A stretch of 64,000 nt of DNA, taken from the human T2T-CHM13v2.0 reference genome, Homo sapiens. This document shows positions 29,919-48,169 of the stretch, in pieces. The notes below the pieces were generated by a model, which was not told the DNA's origin, ran no database searches, and saw only the letters and a program-made list of their open reading frames with translations. A program made the translations under genes and the position numbers. The DNA lies in NCBI RefSeq assembly GCF_009914755.1, contig NC_060947.1, one strand, 5' to 3'. The stretch's first letter is position 1, and every line of letters begins with the position of its first letter.

Positions 29919-31107
29919 GACTTTCAGAGTTTTTAAACTTGAAAAAGGATATACCCATCACTTCATTTTTATGACAAAAGTCACTTATTTAAATCTTAGG
30001 CACTTGTTACTATGATAATTGTATTAATCAAAAGGTTTATTATTCAGAAATTATAATTTTAGCGAACTCTTTACAAATTATTTAAAAATCAAAATGAATT
30101 TAGTGACTCATAATACTCCAAAGTTTGGGGGCAGTGCTGATAGCTTCAGATGCAGGTGTGTGAATACAAAAGTGAATAGAAAGTGTTTTCTTTGACTTAG
30201 ATGTTTTCCTCTCTGAAGGTTGTTTTTCTTTTTAAGTCGTTATCCAAAGGATGAGAATGATAAATGACTAATATCCACTCTACTTTTATACATTAACAAT
30301 TCACTGAACATACTGAAAGAGAGAGCCTTCATCCAAAATACTGACTTAGTTTGGAATTTCTTTTCAAACCTGAAGGGTAAGAAACACTAATGTGCCAGGT
30401 CTTAGTCACATGTGCAACATTAAAATATGGAGGTGGGATCCCCCCAAACCAAACCAGATGGACATGTGGGCGAATCATGAAAGGTAGCAATATAGGTCCT
30501 CTAACAAATATGGTTCTTTTTTTTGTTTTTCACTCTCTTCTTGAATGAATTCTGATAATATATATTTTACTAGAAAATGATCCATTTCATCCAGGGGTTT
30601 GGATTTTTATAGTGTATTTATGTTCAACACATTATGCTAAAATCAATGTATTTACTCCTATATTTTTTGTTTCCTCTCTTGTTCCCACATCTTATATTTT
30701 GTCTTTCCCTCTTTTTTTCAATTAGACTAATGATAGTATATAATCTCCATCTTAGGGTTTGATCAGAGAAGTAGAACCACAATAGGAATATATTTTAGAA
30801 ATTAGAGCTGGTATGATAGTGGGGATTTGTTAAACAGTTTATGTAAGTCCATTGCCCCAGCGTGTGGTGCTGACACAGAAGTTAGCAGGGCCAGCAGTCA
30901 GGAAGGAGAGATGGTTTGAAATGGAGACATAAGGATAACCTGGAACCTGCAAAGATGAGCTGCAATCCATTTAATGAACTAAAACCAACAACACATTAAA
31001 AGGATTATATACCATGACTGTGATCAATATATATTTAATCTTTGTTCCCACTTCCTGGCACACAGCTCCTAAAAAAATCCTTGTAATCTCCATAGTAATG
31101 AGTGACT

Positions 31108-31729
<622 letters not shown>

Positions 31730-32315
31730 CTAGGAGCCCCTAGTTAGCTTCAGGGTGAGTGCTGGTCACAAGAAAGACCAAGGCATAATTAAAGGGTTGA
31801 AACTTTAAGCCCCACTGTGTGATCGTCTCAGAAGAGAGGATTGGAGATTGAGTTAACTACAAATGGCCAGTGATTTAATCACTCATGCCTACCTAATGGA
31901 AACTCTATAAAATGACAATGTTGAGAGAGCTTCCCGGTTGGTGTACATTAAGATGTTGAGAGGGTGGCATATGCAGAGAGGGTGTGGAAGCTCTGTGTAA
32001 CCCTCCTCTCTGATACTTTGTCCTATGCATCTCTTCCATTTGGTGTTCCTAAGTTGTATCTTTTATAATAAACTGGAAATAGTAAGTAAAAACACTTTCC
32101 TGAGTTCTGTGAGCCACTCTAGCAAATTGTTTAACGTGAGGATGGGATTGTGGAAACCCCCATCACAACTTCATAGCCAGTTCAAAAATACAGGTGGCCA
32201 GGACTCGCAGTTGGCATCTTCAGTGGGAGCAGTGTTGTGAAACTAAGCTCATAAACTTGTGGAGTTTATGCTAACTCCAGGTAGTGTGTTAGAATTAAAT
32301 GGAATTGTAGGACAC

Positions 32316-32697
32316 AGATATGGTTTGGATTTGTGTCCCTGCCCAAATCTCATGTCAAATTGTAATACCCAGTGTTGGAGGAGGGGCCTGGTGGGAGGTG
32401 ACTGGCTCATGGGGGCAGATTCCTCCCTTGCAGTTCTCATGAAAGTGAGTGAGTTTTCACTAGATCCGGTTGCTTAAAAGTGTGTAGCACTTCCCCATTC
32501 TCTCTCTTCCTTCTTCTCCGACCATGTAAGATGTGCCTGCTTTCCCTTCACCTTCTGCCATGATTGTGTTTCCTGATCCCTCCCCAGCCATGCTTCCTAT
32601 ACAATCTGCAGGACTGTGTGTCAATTAAACCTCTTTTCTTTATAAATTACCCAGTCTCAGGTAATTCTTTACAGCAATGCGAGAATGGACTAATACA
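32316..32697 (+). mobile_element. MSTA-like solo LTR
   Basis: gatatggtttggatttgtgtccctgcccaaatctcatg...gactaataca; perfect 5-bp TSD gacac. Confidence 0.9.
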
Positions 32698-32789
32698 GAC
32701 ACCAAGTTGATAACCAAAGAGTTGGAAAATTGTTTGCTCTGGGGGAAAAAACCCCACACATTTGGTGAGAGAAGTATTACAAGTAAAAA

Positions 32790-34465
32790 TAGATCAATGA
32801 TCAGGTGGGGTTTATTCCTGGGATGCAAGGGTAATTGAATATACAAAGTCAATCAATGCAATATGCCAAATTAATAGAAGGAAGAACAAAAGCCACACAA
32901 TCACCTTAAATGATCCTGAAAAATATTTGACAAATTTCAACACACTTTCATGATAAAAAGAGCTAACAAAATAGGAATAGAAGGGAATTTTCTAAATATA
33001 ATGAAGGCCAAATGTGAAAAGCCCACAGCTTTGATAACATAACATGATCTTATATGTAAAAAACCCTAAAGATTTCACAAAAAAGTAGAACTAATAAATA
33101 AATTAAATAAAGCTGCAGGATACACAATCAACACACAAAAATCACTTGCATTTCTATATGTTGACAAGTAATAATATGAAAAGGAAATTTTAAAAATTCC
33201 CATTTACAATAGCATCAAATAGAATAAAATACTTAGTATAAACTTTACTGAAGAGGTAGAAAGGCTGATAAGCTGAACACTGTAAAACAGTGATGAAATA
33301 AACTAAGGAATATATAAATACATGGAAACAGATTTCTTATGAATTGGAAGACTTAATATTGTCAAAATGTCCTTACTACCCAAAGAGACCTACAGATTCA
33401 ATGGGATTCTTATCAAAATCCCAATGGCATTTTTTGCAAAAATAGAAAAGAAATTCTAAAATGTATATGAATTCTCATTGAATCCCAAATAGCCAAAATT
33501 ATCTTGAGAAAGAAAAACAAACTGGAGGCCTCATACATCCAAATTTCAAAACATATTACAAAGCTACTGTAATCAAAACACAATGGAACTGGCATAAAGA
33601 CAGAGATATAGACCAAAGCACAGAATAGAGTTCAAGAATAAACTGTCATGTATATGGTCAAATTATCCTTGGCAAAGGTGCCTAGTACACAATGGAAAAA
33701 GCAAAATTTCTTCAACAAATGATCCTGGAAAAACTGGACATCCACATGAAGAATAATGAACTGTGACTCTTATCTTTTACCATATATAGAAATTAACTCA
33801 AAATGGATTAACAAGCCAAATGTAAGGGCCAAAACTATAAAACTGTTACAAATAAACATGGAAAAGGCTTTATGACTCTGAACTTGGCAATGTTTTCTTG
33901 AATAAAACACCAAAAGTACAGGCATCAAACACAGAACTACACAAATGAGACTATATCAAACTTGAAAACTTCTCCATAACAAAGGAAACAATCAACACAG
34001 TAAAAAGGCAACCTATGGAATGAGAGAAAGTATTTGCAAATCCATATATCTGATAAGAGGTTAATATCTAGAATGTATCAAGAACTCTTACAACTCAACA
34101 AAGAAAATTAAATAATCCAGTATAAAAATGGACAAAGGACTTGACATTTCTCCCAAGATAATATACAAATGACCAACAATATATGAAAAGATGCTCAACA
34201 TCACTAACCATCAGGGAAATGCAAAATGAAACTAAAGGGGATATCACTGCACACCTATTAGGATGGCCACTATCAAAAAATCCTCACGTTTGTGAGGATA
34301 GGGATGAATTGGAACCCTTGTACACTGTTGGTGGGAATGTAAAATGTTGCAACTGCTATGGAAACCATTTTGGAGGGTCCTCAAAAAATAAAAATAGGAT
34401 CACCATATAATCTAGCAATTCTACTTCTGAGTATATATCCAAAATAATTGAAAACAGGATCTTGG
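32790..34465 (+). mobile_element. L1MA/MB ORF2 3' fragment
   Basis: gatcaggtggggtttattcctgggatgcaagg (RT region) through MKRCSTSLTIREMQ; many stops and deletions. Confidence 0.85.
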
Positions 34466-37400
34466 AGAAAGTGCAAGATATTCGACTAGAAGCAGCTAAG
34501 ATGCACTTCTCTCAAGGAGAGAAATAGAAGGGGTGAGTAAATACAGCACTTTCAACTGAAGCATTCAGGTACATGCATTGGGATTCATCAAGAAAACAAC
34601 TCAACCCATGGAGAACAGAGAAAGCAAGGCAGAACGACCTCTCACCCAGGAACAACACGGAGCCAGGGAAGCCTCCCATATAAGGGAAGCGGTGAGTGAG
34701 TGAGTGAGTGACCCTGGGGACCAGCATTTCTCCCACGAATCTTTGCAACCCTCAAGTCAGGAGATTTCCTTGTGAACTCCATCCACCAGGGCCTTCAATC
34801 TCACATACAGAGATATGAAGTGTCCTAGCAGAGCAGCCGCTCAGGCACATTCAAATCCCTGGGAGCTTTAAATACATGGGCTTCCTGGCAAAAGCAGCTG
34901 CAACTCCAGCAAAGTAGGAGGTTAGACCCATATATTACCCCCCTCCCCCCAGAAAATGGGCTGAATCCAGAGGGCTCAGCAGCAACGGTCTGCAGGCCCC
35001 ACTTCCACAGCACCTTGCAGGATAAGACCCACGGGCTTGGAACTCTAGTCAGCCACAGGTAGCAGCATTACACCTCCCTAAGACAGAGTTGCCAGAGGCA
35101 AAGATGGACCACAATCTTTGCTGTTTCATAGCCTTAGCCATTGTTGCCCTCAAGCTCCGGGGAATACAAGGCAACTAGGGACTGGAGCCATCACCCAACA
35201 TAGCACTGCTACTCTATGAAGGGCTGTCAGACTGCTTTTTCATGTGAGTCCCAAATCCTGTTTCCCTTCAGAGTAGAATATACCGTCTGAGATCTACAAA
35301 CACCTGTACTGGTGGTTTCAGACCCTGGCAGCAGGTCCATACCTCCCTGGGATGGGACTTTCAGGGAAAGGGACAGGCTGCCATCTTTGTTGTTTAGCAG
35401 CCTTAGACATTGTTGCCCTTAGACTCTGGGGAATCTAAGGTGACCAGGGACTAGACAGATCACTCAAAACAGCACAGCTACTCTACGAAGAGGCAGCCAC
35501 ACTACTTTTCCATGTGGGTCTCAGACCCTGTTTCTCTTCACTAAATGGAATCTTCCAACTGAGGGCTGCAACCACCCCTGCAGGTGTTTTCAGGCCGACA
35601 ATAGGTCAGTAATTCCCTGGGACGGGACTCCCAGAGGGAGGGATTGGTGACCATCTTTGCTGTTTTGCAACCTTAGCCATTGTTGCCTTCAGGATTTGGA
35701 GAATCTGAGGTGACAGGGGCTGGATCAGACACCCAACACAGCACAGCTGCCCTATGAAAAAGCAGCCAGACTGTTTTTTTTATGCAGGCCTCTGATCCTA
35801 TTCCTCCTCATTGAGTGGAACCTTCCAACCTGGGTTGCCACGTACCCCCATCAGTGTGTTCAGGAGGGAGGGAAACAACTCTGTACCTCCCTGGGAGGGA
35901 GCTCCCAGAGAAAGGGGAAGGCCGACAACTTTGCTGTTTCCCAGGCTTCACTGTTGATACCTTCAGGTACTGGAAAATCCTAGGTGATTAGGGACTGAAG
36001 CGACCCCCCAGCATACTGCAGCAACCCTCCAAAAAAAGTGGCCAGACTGTGTTATCTGGGTCCCAGATCCTGTATCTCCTCACAGGGTGGAGTCTGCTGG
36101 GCTGAGTCTCCAGCCACCCCACAATGGGGCTATCAAGCCAGTATCAGCTCTGCAACAACCTGGGACAGAGCTCCCAAAGAATGCACTGGGTTGCCATCTT
36201 TGCTGTCTCACAGCCCTCACCCTTACTGTCTTCCAGGCTCTGGAGAGCCTGCAGGGAATATGGGCTGTTCCAAACCACCAGCACAGAGCACCCATCTCAC
36301 AGAAAAGTGGCCAGACTATTCTCCATGCAGGTCCTGGTCTTCACTTCTTCTCACTGGACAGGGCCACCCAACCTGGGACTCCAGCACAACCACCCTGACC
36401 CCGCCTGAGCACCTCAATCAGAGGCAGCCCAACATTTCCCAGAGGAGAAATCCCAGATCAACCCACAATCCCCCTGACACTGCAGTTGCACTGGTACTGA
36501 CCTAACAGCCCTCAGGCTGAGGAAAGAACAAAGGGTCTAGTCACTACCCTGGCACCTCCAGAACACCACAGTAACCGTACAGAGAGGAGTCCAACTCCTC
36601 TTTCTTGGAAACCCTCACCCTTACTCTTCAGCAGGCAGGGTCCCCAGCTCATGACTTCAGAACAGTCACCTCACTCACTGTAGAGCATACCCACTGGCAG
36701 TGGCCCAGAGTTTCTGTGGGGAGAGGCTCCAAGAGTCATCCAACAGCCCCTCTGCCACTGCCATGGAGGCAGTTCTATTCCTGCTGCCCTTGGTTTGGGG
36801 AAGAAACAAAGAGCCTGAGTGACACACCTAAGCTTACAGCATGCAACAGTCATCATATGAAGAGGAGAGCAGTCTCCTCTCCTCCCAGTGAGGTTAGCCC
36901 TTGACCCCCTACTCTCTAACAAGTAAGCCCCAATCTCACATCAGCAGTGCAGCTGCCCCACCCCACTGGCTGAACACTCCCAGTAATAGCAACTCTGCTT
37001 TCCTCAGAGATGGAGCCCCAGGGGCAACCAAATGCCCCTCTGCCACTGCCTCTGCTGTGGTACTACCCTGTAACCCTCAGACTAGCAAAGGGTATTGTCC
37101 TATCCACACCTCCAACAAGCTGCCATCAACCCAAGGAGAAGAAACCAGTCTATCTCCCATGGGTCCCATCCACCCCTTCCCTGCTTGTCATCAGGCAGAA
37201 AATCCCAAGCTTGGGCCCACAGCACAGACCCTCCACCCTGGATTGATTGCACTGAGCAATTGCTGGCCTGCATTTCTCTCAGGTGGAGCCCTCAGGAGAC
37301 AAGTAAAAGACCCTTGGCCACAGCTACTGCTAAGGTCCATTCCTCTGCTGCCTCCAAATTGGGGAGAAAACATAAACCCTGAGGTCATCCCAGAGCTGTG

Positions 37401-38029
37401 GTAGGCAGCCCAGAAGTGCCAAGCTGTGATCTAAAGCCAGCACTCAACTGGGAGAGGAGCCTACACTTTCAGAGCATTGAGAGGGAGCAAGGTTGCAACT
37501 CTGAAGAAATATAGGGGAGGCACACAACTGAGCAACAGCATACCAACTGATCACTACACCTAAATGCCACCTACTGGATCACACCCTAAAGCTTCAACAC
37601 CAAAAATGCCTCGCTAACATACCCCCATCTGAAACCAAAGACAAGAAGCCAGCTTCAAATGAAGACCCTGCACAAAGGCTTGGCCCCGTGAAAACATCCA
37701 GAAAAGAAGTCTATTGATTCTACTCAATCTACGCTGAAGTTGAAGAAACACGCACATGCAGAGACAAGAAAGAACCAACACAAGAACTCCAGTAACTCAA
37801 CTAGACAGAGTGTTGTATGTCCTCCAAATGATCACAGCACTTCTCCAAAAAGAGCTCTTAACCAGGCTAAGGTGGCTGAAATAACAGAAATAAAATTCAG
37901 AAGATGGATAAAAATGAAGATCATTGAGATTCAGGAGAATGGCAAAAACCCAATTCAGGGAAACTAAGAATTACAATAAAATGATACAGAAGCTGACAGA
38001 TGAAATAGTCAATATAAAAAATAACCTGG
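34466..38029 (+). mobile_element. Old L1PA (PA13-16-like) long 5' UTR plus ORF1 start
   Basis: Start caagatattcgactagaagcagct; ORF1-like RKNQHKNSSNS...AEITEIKFRRWIKMKIIEIQE at 37740-37967. Confidence 0.8.
35072..36430 (+). repeat. Five diverged ~270-bp tandem units inside the L1 5' UTR
   Basis: Anchor (c)ctccctggga...ccatctttgctgt recurs near 35072, 35341, 35611, 35885 and 36155. Confidence 0.85.
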
Positions 38030-38899
38030 GATTTGGGAGCCAAGATGGCCGAATAGGAACAGCTCCGGTCTACAGCTCCCAGCGTGAGCGACACAGAAGA
38101 CGGGTGATATCTGCATTTCCATCTGAGGTACCGGGTTCATCTCACTAGGGAGTGCCAGACACTGGGTGCAGGTCAGTGGGTGCGCGCACCGTGTGCGAGC
38201 CGAAGCAGGGCGAAGCATTGCCTCATTCGGGAAGCGCAAGGGGTCAGGGAGTTCCCGAAAATCGGGTCACTCCCACCTGAATACTGCGCTTTTCCGACGG
38301 GCTTAAAAAACCGCGCACCAGGAGATTATATCTCACACCTGGCTCGGAGGGTCCTATGCCCACAGAGTCTCGCTGATTGCTAGCACAGCAGTCTGAGATC
38401 AAACTGCAAGGCGGCAGCGAGGCTGGGGGAGGGGCGCCCGTCATTGCCCAGGCTTGCTTAGGTAAACAAAGCAGCCTGGAAGCTGGAACTGGGTGGAGCC
38501 CACCACAGCTCAAGGAGGCCTGCCTGCCTCTGTAGGCTCCACCTCTGGGGGCAGGGCACAGACAAACAAAAAGACAGCAGTAACCTCTGCAGACTTAAAT
38601 GTCCCTGTCTGACAGCTTTGAAGAGAGCAGTGGTTCTCCCAGCACGCAGCTGGAGATCTGAGAACCGGCAGACTACCTCCTCAAGTGGGTCCCTGACCCC
38701 TGACCCCCAAGCAGCCTAACTGGGAGGCACCCCCCAGCAGGGGCAGACTGACACCTCACACGGCCGGGTACTCCAACAGACCTGCAGCTGAGGGTCCTGT
38801 CTGTTAGAAGGAAAACTAACAAACAGAAAGGACATCCACACCAAAAACCCATCTGTACATCACCATCATCAAAGACCAAAAGTAGATAAAACCACAAAG

Positions 38900-39916
38900 A
38901 TGGGGAAAAAACAGAGCAGAAAAACTGGAAACTCTAAAAAGCAGAGCGCCTCTCCTCCTCCAAAGGAACGCAGTTCCTCACCAGCAACGGAACAAAGCTG
39001 GATGGAGAATGACTTTGACGAGCTGAGAGAAGAAGGCTTCAGACGATCAAATTACTCTGAGCTATGGGAGGACATTCAAACCAAAGGCAAAGAAGTTGAA
39101 AACTTTGAAAAAAATTTAGAAGAATGTATAACTAGAATAATCAATACTGAGAAGTGCTTAAAGGAGCTGATGGAGCTGAAAACCAAGGCTCAAGAACTAC
39201 GTGAAGAATGCAGAAGCCTCAGGAGCTGATGCGATCAACTGGAAGAAAGGGTATCAGCGATGGAAGATGAAATGAATGAAATGAACCGAGAAGGGAAGTT
39301 TAGAGAAAAAACAATAAAAAGAAACGAGCAAAGCCTCCAAGAAATATGGGACTATGTGAAAAGATCAAATCTACGTCTGATTGGTGTACCTGAAAGTGAC
39401 GGGGAGAATGGAACCAATTTGGAAAACACTCTGCAGGATATTATCCAGGAGAACTTCCCCAATCTAGCAAGGCAGGCCAACATTCAGATTCAGGAAATAC
39501 AGAGAAGGCCACAAAGATACTCCTCGAGAAGAGCAACTCCAAGACACATAATTGTCAGATTCACCAAAGTTGAAATGAAGGAAAAAATGTTAAGGGCAGC
39601 CAGAGAGAAAGGTCGGGTTACCCTCAAAGGGAAGCCCATCAGACTAACAGCGGATCTCTCGGCAGAAACCCTACAAGCCAGAAGAGAGTGGGGGCCAATA
39701 TTCAACATTCTTAAAGAAAAGAATTTTCAACCCAGAATTTCATATCCAGCCAAACTAAGCTTCATAAGTGAAGGAGAAATAAAATACTTTACAGACAAGC
39801 AAATGCTGAGAGATGTTGTCACCACCAAGCCAGCCCTAAAAGAGCTCCTGAAGGAAGCGCTAAACATGGAAAGGAACAACCGGTACCAGCCGCTGCAAAA
39901 TCATGCCAAAATGTAA
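38900..39916 (+). pseudogene. L1 ORF1p, disrupted
   Basis: MGKKQSRKTGNSK...YQPLQNHAKM; CGA>TGA stop at 39227-39229. Confidence 0.95.
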
Positions 39917-39979
39917 AGACTATCGAGACTAGGAAGAAACTGCATCAATTAACGAGCAAAATAACCAGCTAACATCATA

Positions 39980-43799
<3,820 letters not shown>

Positions 43800-43816
43800 A
43801 CAATGAGAACACATGG

Positions 43817-44730
43817 TTGTTTTTTTCTTGTAAATTTGTTGGAGTTCACTGTAGATTCTGGATATTAACCCTTTGTCAGAAGAGTAGATTGCAAAAATTT
43901 TCTCCCATTCTGTAGGTTGCCTGTTCACTCTGATGGTAGTTTCTTTTGCTGTGCAGAGGCTCTTTAGTTTAATTAGATCCCATTTGTCAATTTTGGCTTG
44001 TGTTGCCATTGCTTTTGGTGTTTTAGACATGAAGTCCTTGCCCATGCCTATGTCCTGAATGGTATTGCCTAGGTTTTCTTCTAGGGTTTTTATGGTTTTA
44101 GGTCTAACATTTAAGTCTTTAATCCATCTTGAATTAATTTTTGTATAAGGTGTAAGGAAGGGATCCAGTTTCAGCTTTCTACATATGGCTAGCCAGTTTT
44201 CCCAGCACCATTTATTAAATAGAGAATTGTTTCCCCATTTCTTGTTTTTGTCAGGTTTGTCAAAGATCAGATGGTTGTAGATATGCAGCATTATTTCTGA
44301 GGGCTCTGTTTTGGAACCAAGCCAAATATCCAACAATGATAGACTGGATTAAGAAAATGTGGCACATATACACCATGGAATACTATGCAGCCATGAAAAA
44401 TGATGAGTTCTTGTCCTTTGTAGGGACAGGGATGAAGCTGAAAACCATCATTCTCAGCAAACTATGGCAAGGACAAAAAACCAAACACCGCATGTTCTCA
44501 CTCACAGGTGGGAATTGAACAATGAGAACACGTGGACACAGGAAGGGGAACATCACACACCGGGGCCTGTTGTGGGGTGGGGGGAGGGGGGAGGGATAGC
44601 ATTAGGAGATATGCCTAATGTTAAATGACCAGTTAATGGGTGCAGCACACCAACATGGCACATGTATACATATGTAACTAACCTGCACGTTGTGCACATG
44701 TACCCTAAAACTTAAAGTATAATAAAAAAA
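43817..44730 (+). mobile_element. L1PA4/5-like element with 5' inversion (inverted 43817-~44310, forward ~44311-44730)
   Basis: Minus-strand ORF2 piece [14 protein letters not shown]...GNTIQDIG, then forward 3' end, G-rich tract and poly(A). Confidence 0.9.
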
Positions 44731-45900
44731 GGACAGTTAAATAAGCTGAAAATAAATCAGAGAAAGTTATAATGAGATGAAATTAGAATGTGAATGATAA
44801 AGAAATGAAGTACAAAATTAGAAGGTCTGCATTTATCTAATAATATTTCTAAAAGGTGAAACTGGAGTAAACGTATTCATTATTTGAAGAAATAGTTGGT
44901 AAGCATTTTATCATAGGTGACATTAGAATTAAATATTCAGAATTAAGCAGGACATGGAATCTCCAGTAAAATAAATGAAAACAAATATATGACTATACAA
45001 CTGTATCAGAACCCTCCCATCAGCCTCATTCTTCTCTTGTTCCAGTGTTTACTGGGCTCTGGCAGCCTTCTTATATAGACCACTTGAGAATGTCTAACTT
45101 ACTGTTCATAGCTTCCCCAAATCTACCTTCTCCTTTACTCTCTTCTCACTCCAGCAGGTGCTCTTGCTGCCAAAGCAACCCTCACAGTGTTCCCACAGGC
45201 TGAGCCAGTGGAAGGATTCTTGCTCCTTTCTCCACACTGCCTCCCCATGGTTTTGAGATGCATTTTCTAGGATTTCTAGGAGTTTTGATCAAGATCCAGC
45301 TTGATCATACATTCTCACATTGGATCACCCTCCTTCCCTGCCTTAGCACTCTTGCCCTGCAATCCTGGTCACTTTGATTATATTCCCCAATAAAGTAATA
45401 GCACTTAAATTTTTGTCTCAGGCTCTGCTTTCTGGGGAACCAAGGCTAAAGAACAGCTGATGAACCACAGTACATTAATAGCAAAGAGAAAAGTCTAAAA
45501 AGCAATTTGGAAGAAATACAATACCAAATAGGAAGAGCAATTAGACTGGTAGTAATTGTCCCATTATTACCAATAGAAGCAAGAATATAATTGAAAAATA
45601 TTATCCTCAAAGTGCCAAAAGAAATTACCACTATATATAAAATACAATACTCAACAACCATATTAGAAAATGAAAGAAAAGACACTTTCAGACAAAGGCA
45701 GCTATTTTTACCTAGACTCTCATGGGTAGAACTTCTAAGGAATAGGTTTCTATAGAAAAGAATTAAGTTTACAGGAGACAGTGGGATTAAAGAAACAATG
45801 GTAGACAAAGAAATGGATATACGTGTACATAAATCCAAGATGGATTAAATGTTAAACATCACATAATTGAGTGACTAAGTTGGAGGCAGATTTAAAAATA
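44731..45900 (+). mobile_element. Very old L1M ORF1-like remnants flanking an LTR
   Basis: tatttgaagaaatagt, ttagactggtag, aaagacactttcagac resemble degraded ORF1. Confidence 0.45.
45002..45455 (+). mobile_element. ERVL LTR16-like solo LTR
   Basis: TG start, ccccaataaa and terminus tgtctcaggctctgctttctggggaaccaaggctaaagaaca. Confidence 0.65.
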
Positions 45901-47429
45901 CAGTGCAATTAAGTTCCAGACAATAACTACATGGAAGATAAAATAAACTATGATCAGAATGCTTTTAATTTCTCATTTTTTCTGGATATTGTACAGATAT
46001 TAAACGTAAGACTGTGATAATTCAAGTATGAATGTCAGCACTCTAACCACTAAATATCTGGCATTTAGAATAGGTAACCTTCATATTTGTTGAGGGAAAA
46101 ATTGTTGAATGAGAAATTCAAGTTACAAAAAACATACTATTCACGCAAAGTCAAAACACACATAACCAGAATAAATATCGTTTGTAACTGCAAAAAAAGT
46201 CTTCGTGTAAAAAATATGGATGGTAGAATATAGTCAAATCTTAAGCAGTGTATAACTCTGAGCAGGAAGGGAAATGCTATGAATGTTAAGGGCTGTCAAA
46301 CGTATAACTAATATTTTATTTCTAAAACAAAAGTTATCAATCAAATATAGAAAAATCACATCTTAAATCAGGGTTTTGGATAGACTGGTGGTTTTCTGTT
46401 GTTTTTTTTTGTACGTTCGAGACAGTTTGTAATAAGCAAGTGTTAAAAATTGATAATAGATTTGTGTTATTTATTAACTCATTAACTCTTATATCATGCT
46501 TTCTCTTCTCCTCCTTTGACAAGTCTTTCTTCTCTCCTCTTTCTCCTTATTTATCACTAGTACAAAATCTTGTACATGGCACACAGTAAGCACACATTAA
46601 ATATTTGTTGATATGAATAATGTATGTGAATGTACTTTGCAAAGTAAAACCATTATCATAAGTATAATCTCCTCACAAAAATAGCATAATTTCCTCCAAG
46701 AAGTGAACTGCTGTAAGCTGTGTAATATTCTATGGAGTATCTCAAAATTAAAAGATGTAAAAATTATGTGTACTATATTCCCAAACGTATACTAAATAAT
46801 ATTAAAGTTGAAAAAATTTGACTAACATCAGTATATTAGCTAAAACTTTTAAAAATAAATGTCCTACCAAATTGCTAGATTCCAGAAAGCTGCAGACTAG
46901 AGCACTTTCTTAAATGTGATTCTGATAAAATTCCTGTAGACCTACTTTTGCAAACAAACATTTCTGTAGTGAAACTGTTACTATATATCACTGGATAAAC
47001 CACAGCATATACGAATAAACTAACTATTTATTGCTACACAATTATATATAACTTATGTGGAAGACTATTAAGTATCCTAGTATACAAAGGCAATCTATTA
47101 ATCTAAGAGTATAATTTATAAAAGAGGTGAGAATAGATACCTTATTGTTATGCCAGAATAAATGCTATCAGAATTGCACTTGAGGTACTATTATAAAGTA
47201 GGACACTTGCTGGAAGAGAAAACAAATTATCAAGTGTGGGAGGCAAAAGAAAGAATAATGAAAATTTTAACCTCTTTCCACAGAATTGTGGGCAATATAT
47301 GCTTTAGCAAAGGAACTAAAATGACAAAAAATCGTTTTTTTAAAAAATATTTTATTTCTGGTTACTAGGTTCTGCCAGAGCACTTCTAACCAAATATATA
47401 CATGTGTGTATATAGATGTATATGTATAT

Positions 47430-47517
47430 AAATCATGGCCAAATCATATGTATATGTATGTATATATACATATATACATACATATATATACATATACATA
47501 TGATTTGGTCATGATTT
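47430..47517. repeat. Inverted repeat (30-bp arms, one mismatch) around a TA/CA microsatellite
   Basis: aaatcatggccaaatcatatgtatatgtat ... atacatatacatatgatttggtcatgattt. Confidence 0.92.
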
Positions 47518-48169
47518 TTAAAGTAATGTGTTTTTTTCAAAAATTGCAGTATTTCACAGAATATAAACACATAATATTTTGCCCAATGTTATCTGAGATT
47601 TAATAAAAACTATCATTATCTAATGTCCTCATAATGAGATTCTATACTATGCAAGAACAAAACAGAATTGAAAGAATATATTAATATCCACATGTTATAG
47701 TTAGTACAACCAGGGTGGCACATTCATAAGAGATGATCTCAAGACCCACAAATATACCTGCATTCACAGACCTCAATCTACTCTAGCATTAGTTTCACCA
47801 CCCCATTTAAAAATATTGTGAACCTTTCTCAAAAGTCTACTCTAAGTCAAACTCTCTTTCACAGTCAACTAAGATATCACATACTTATTTCATGGACACC
47901 AAGGGAGAATTGAACTCTGGTATCAAAATATGCTTTGAGTCCACTGAGAGACTCTTTTAGAGCCATAGTCTATATACATAATAAAAACTGTGAGTTGATA
48001 ATCACAACATAAAACTCATTTGGTGTTTAAGCCTACAGTGTTTCCTTGAAATTGATGTTCTATGGATCTTTATTATATTAATATTACTGGAAAAGAGATA
48101 AAAATTTTAAACTATATTATGCTTCATAAAAACACGTACAGTTGGCAAAGTGTATAAACAAGTCAAATC

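Noticed and set aside
35072-36430. Periodic array as a CRISPR-like or novel satellite locus
   Set aside because: Whole units are diverged homologues with no unique spacers, and they lie inside an L1 5' UTR
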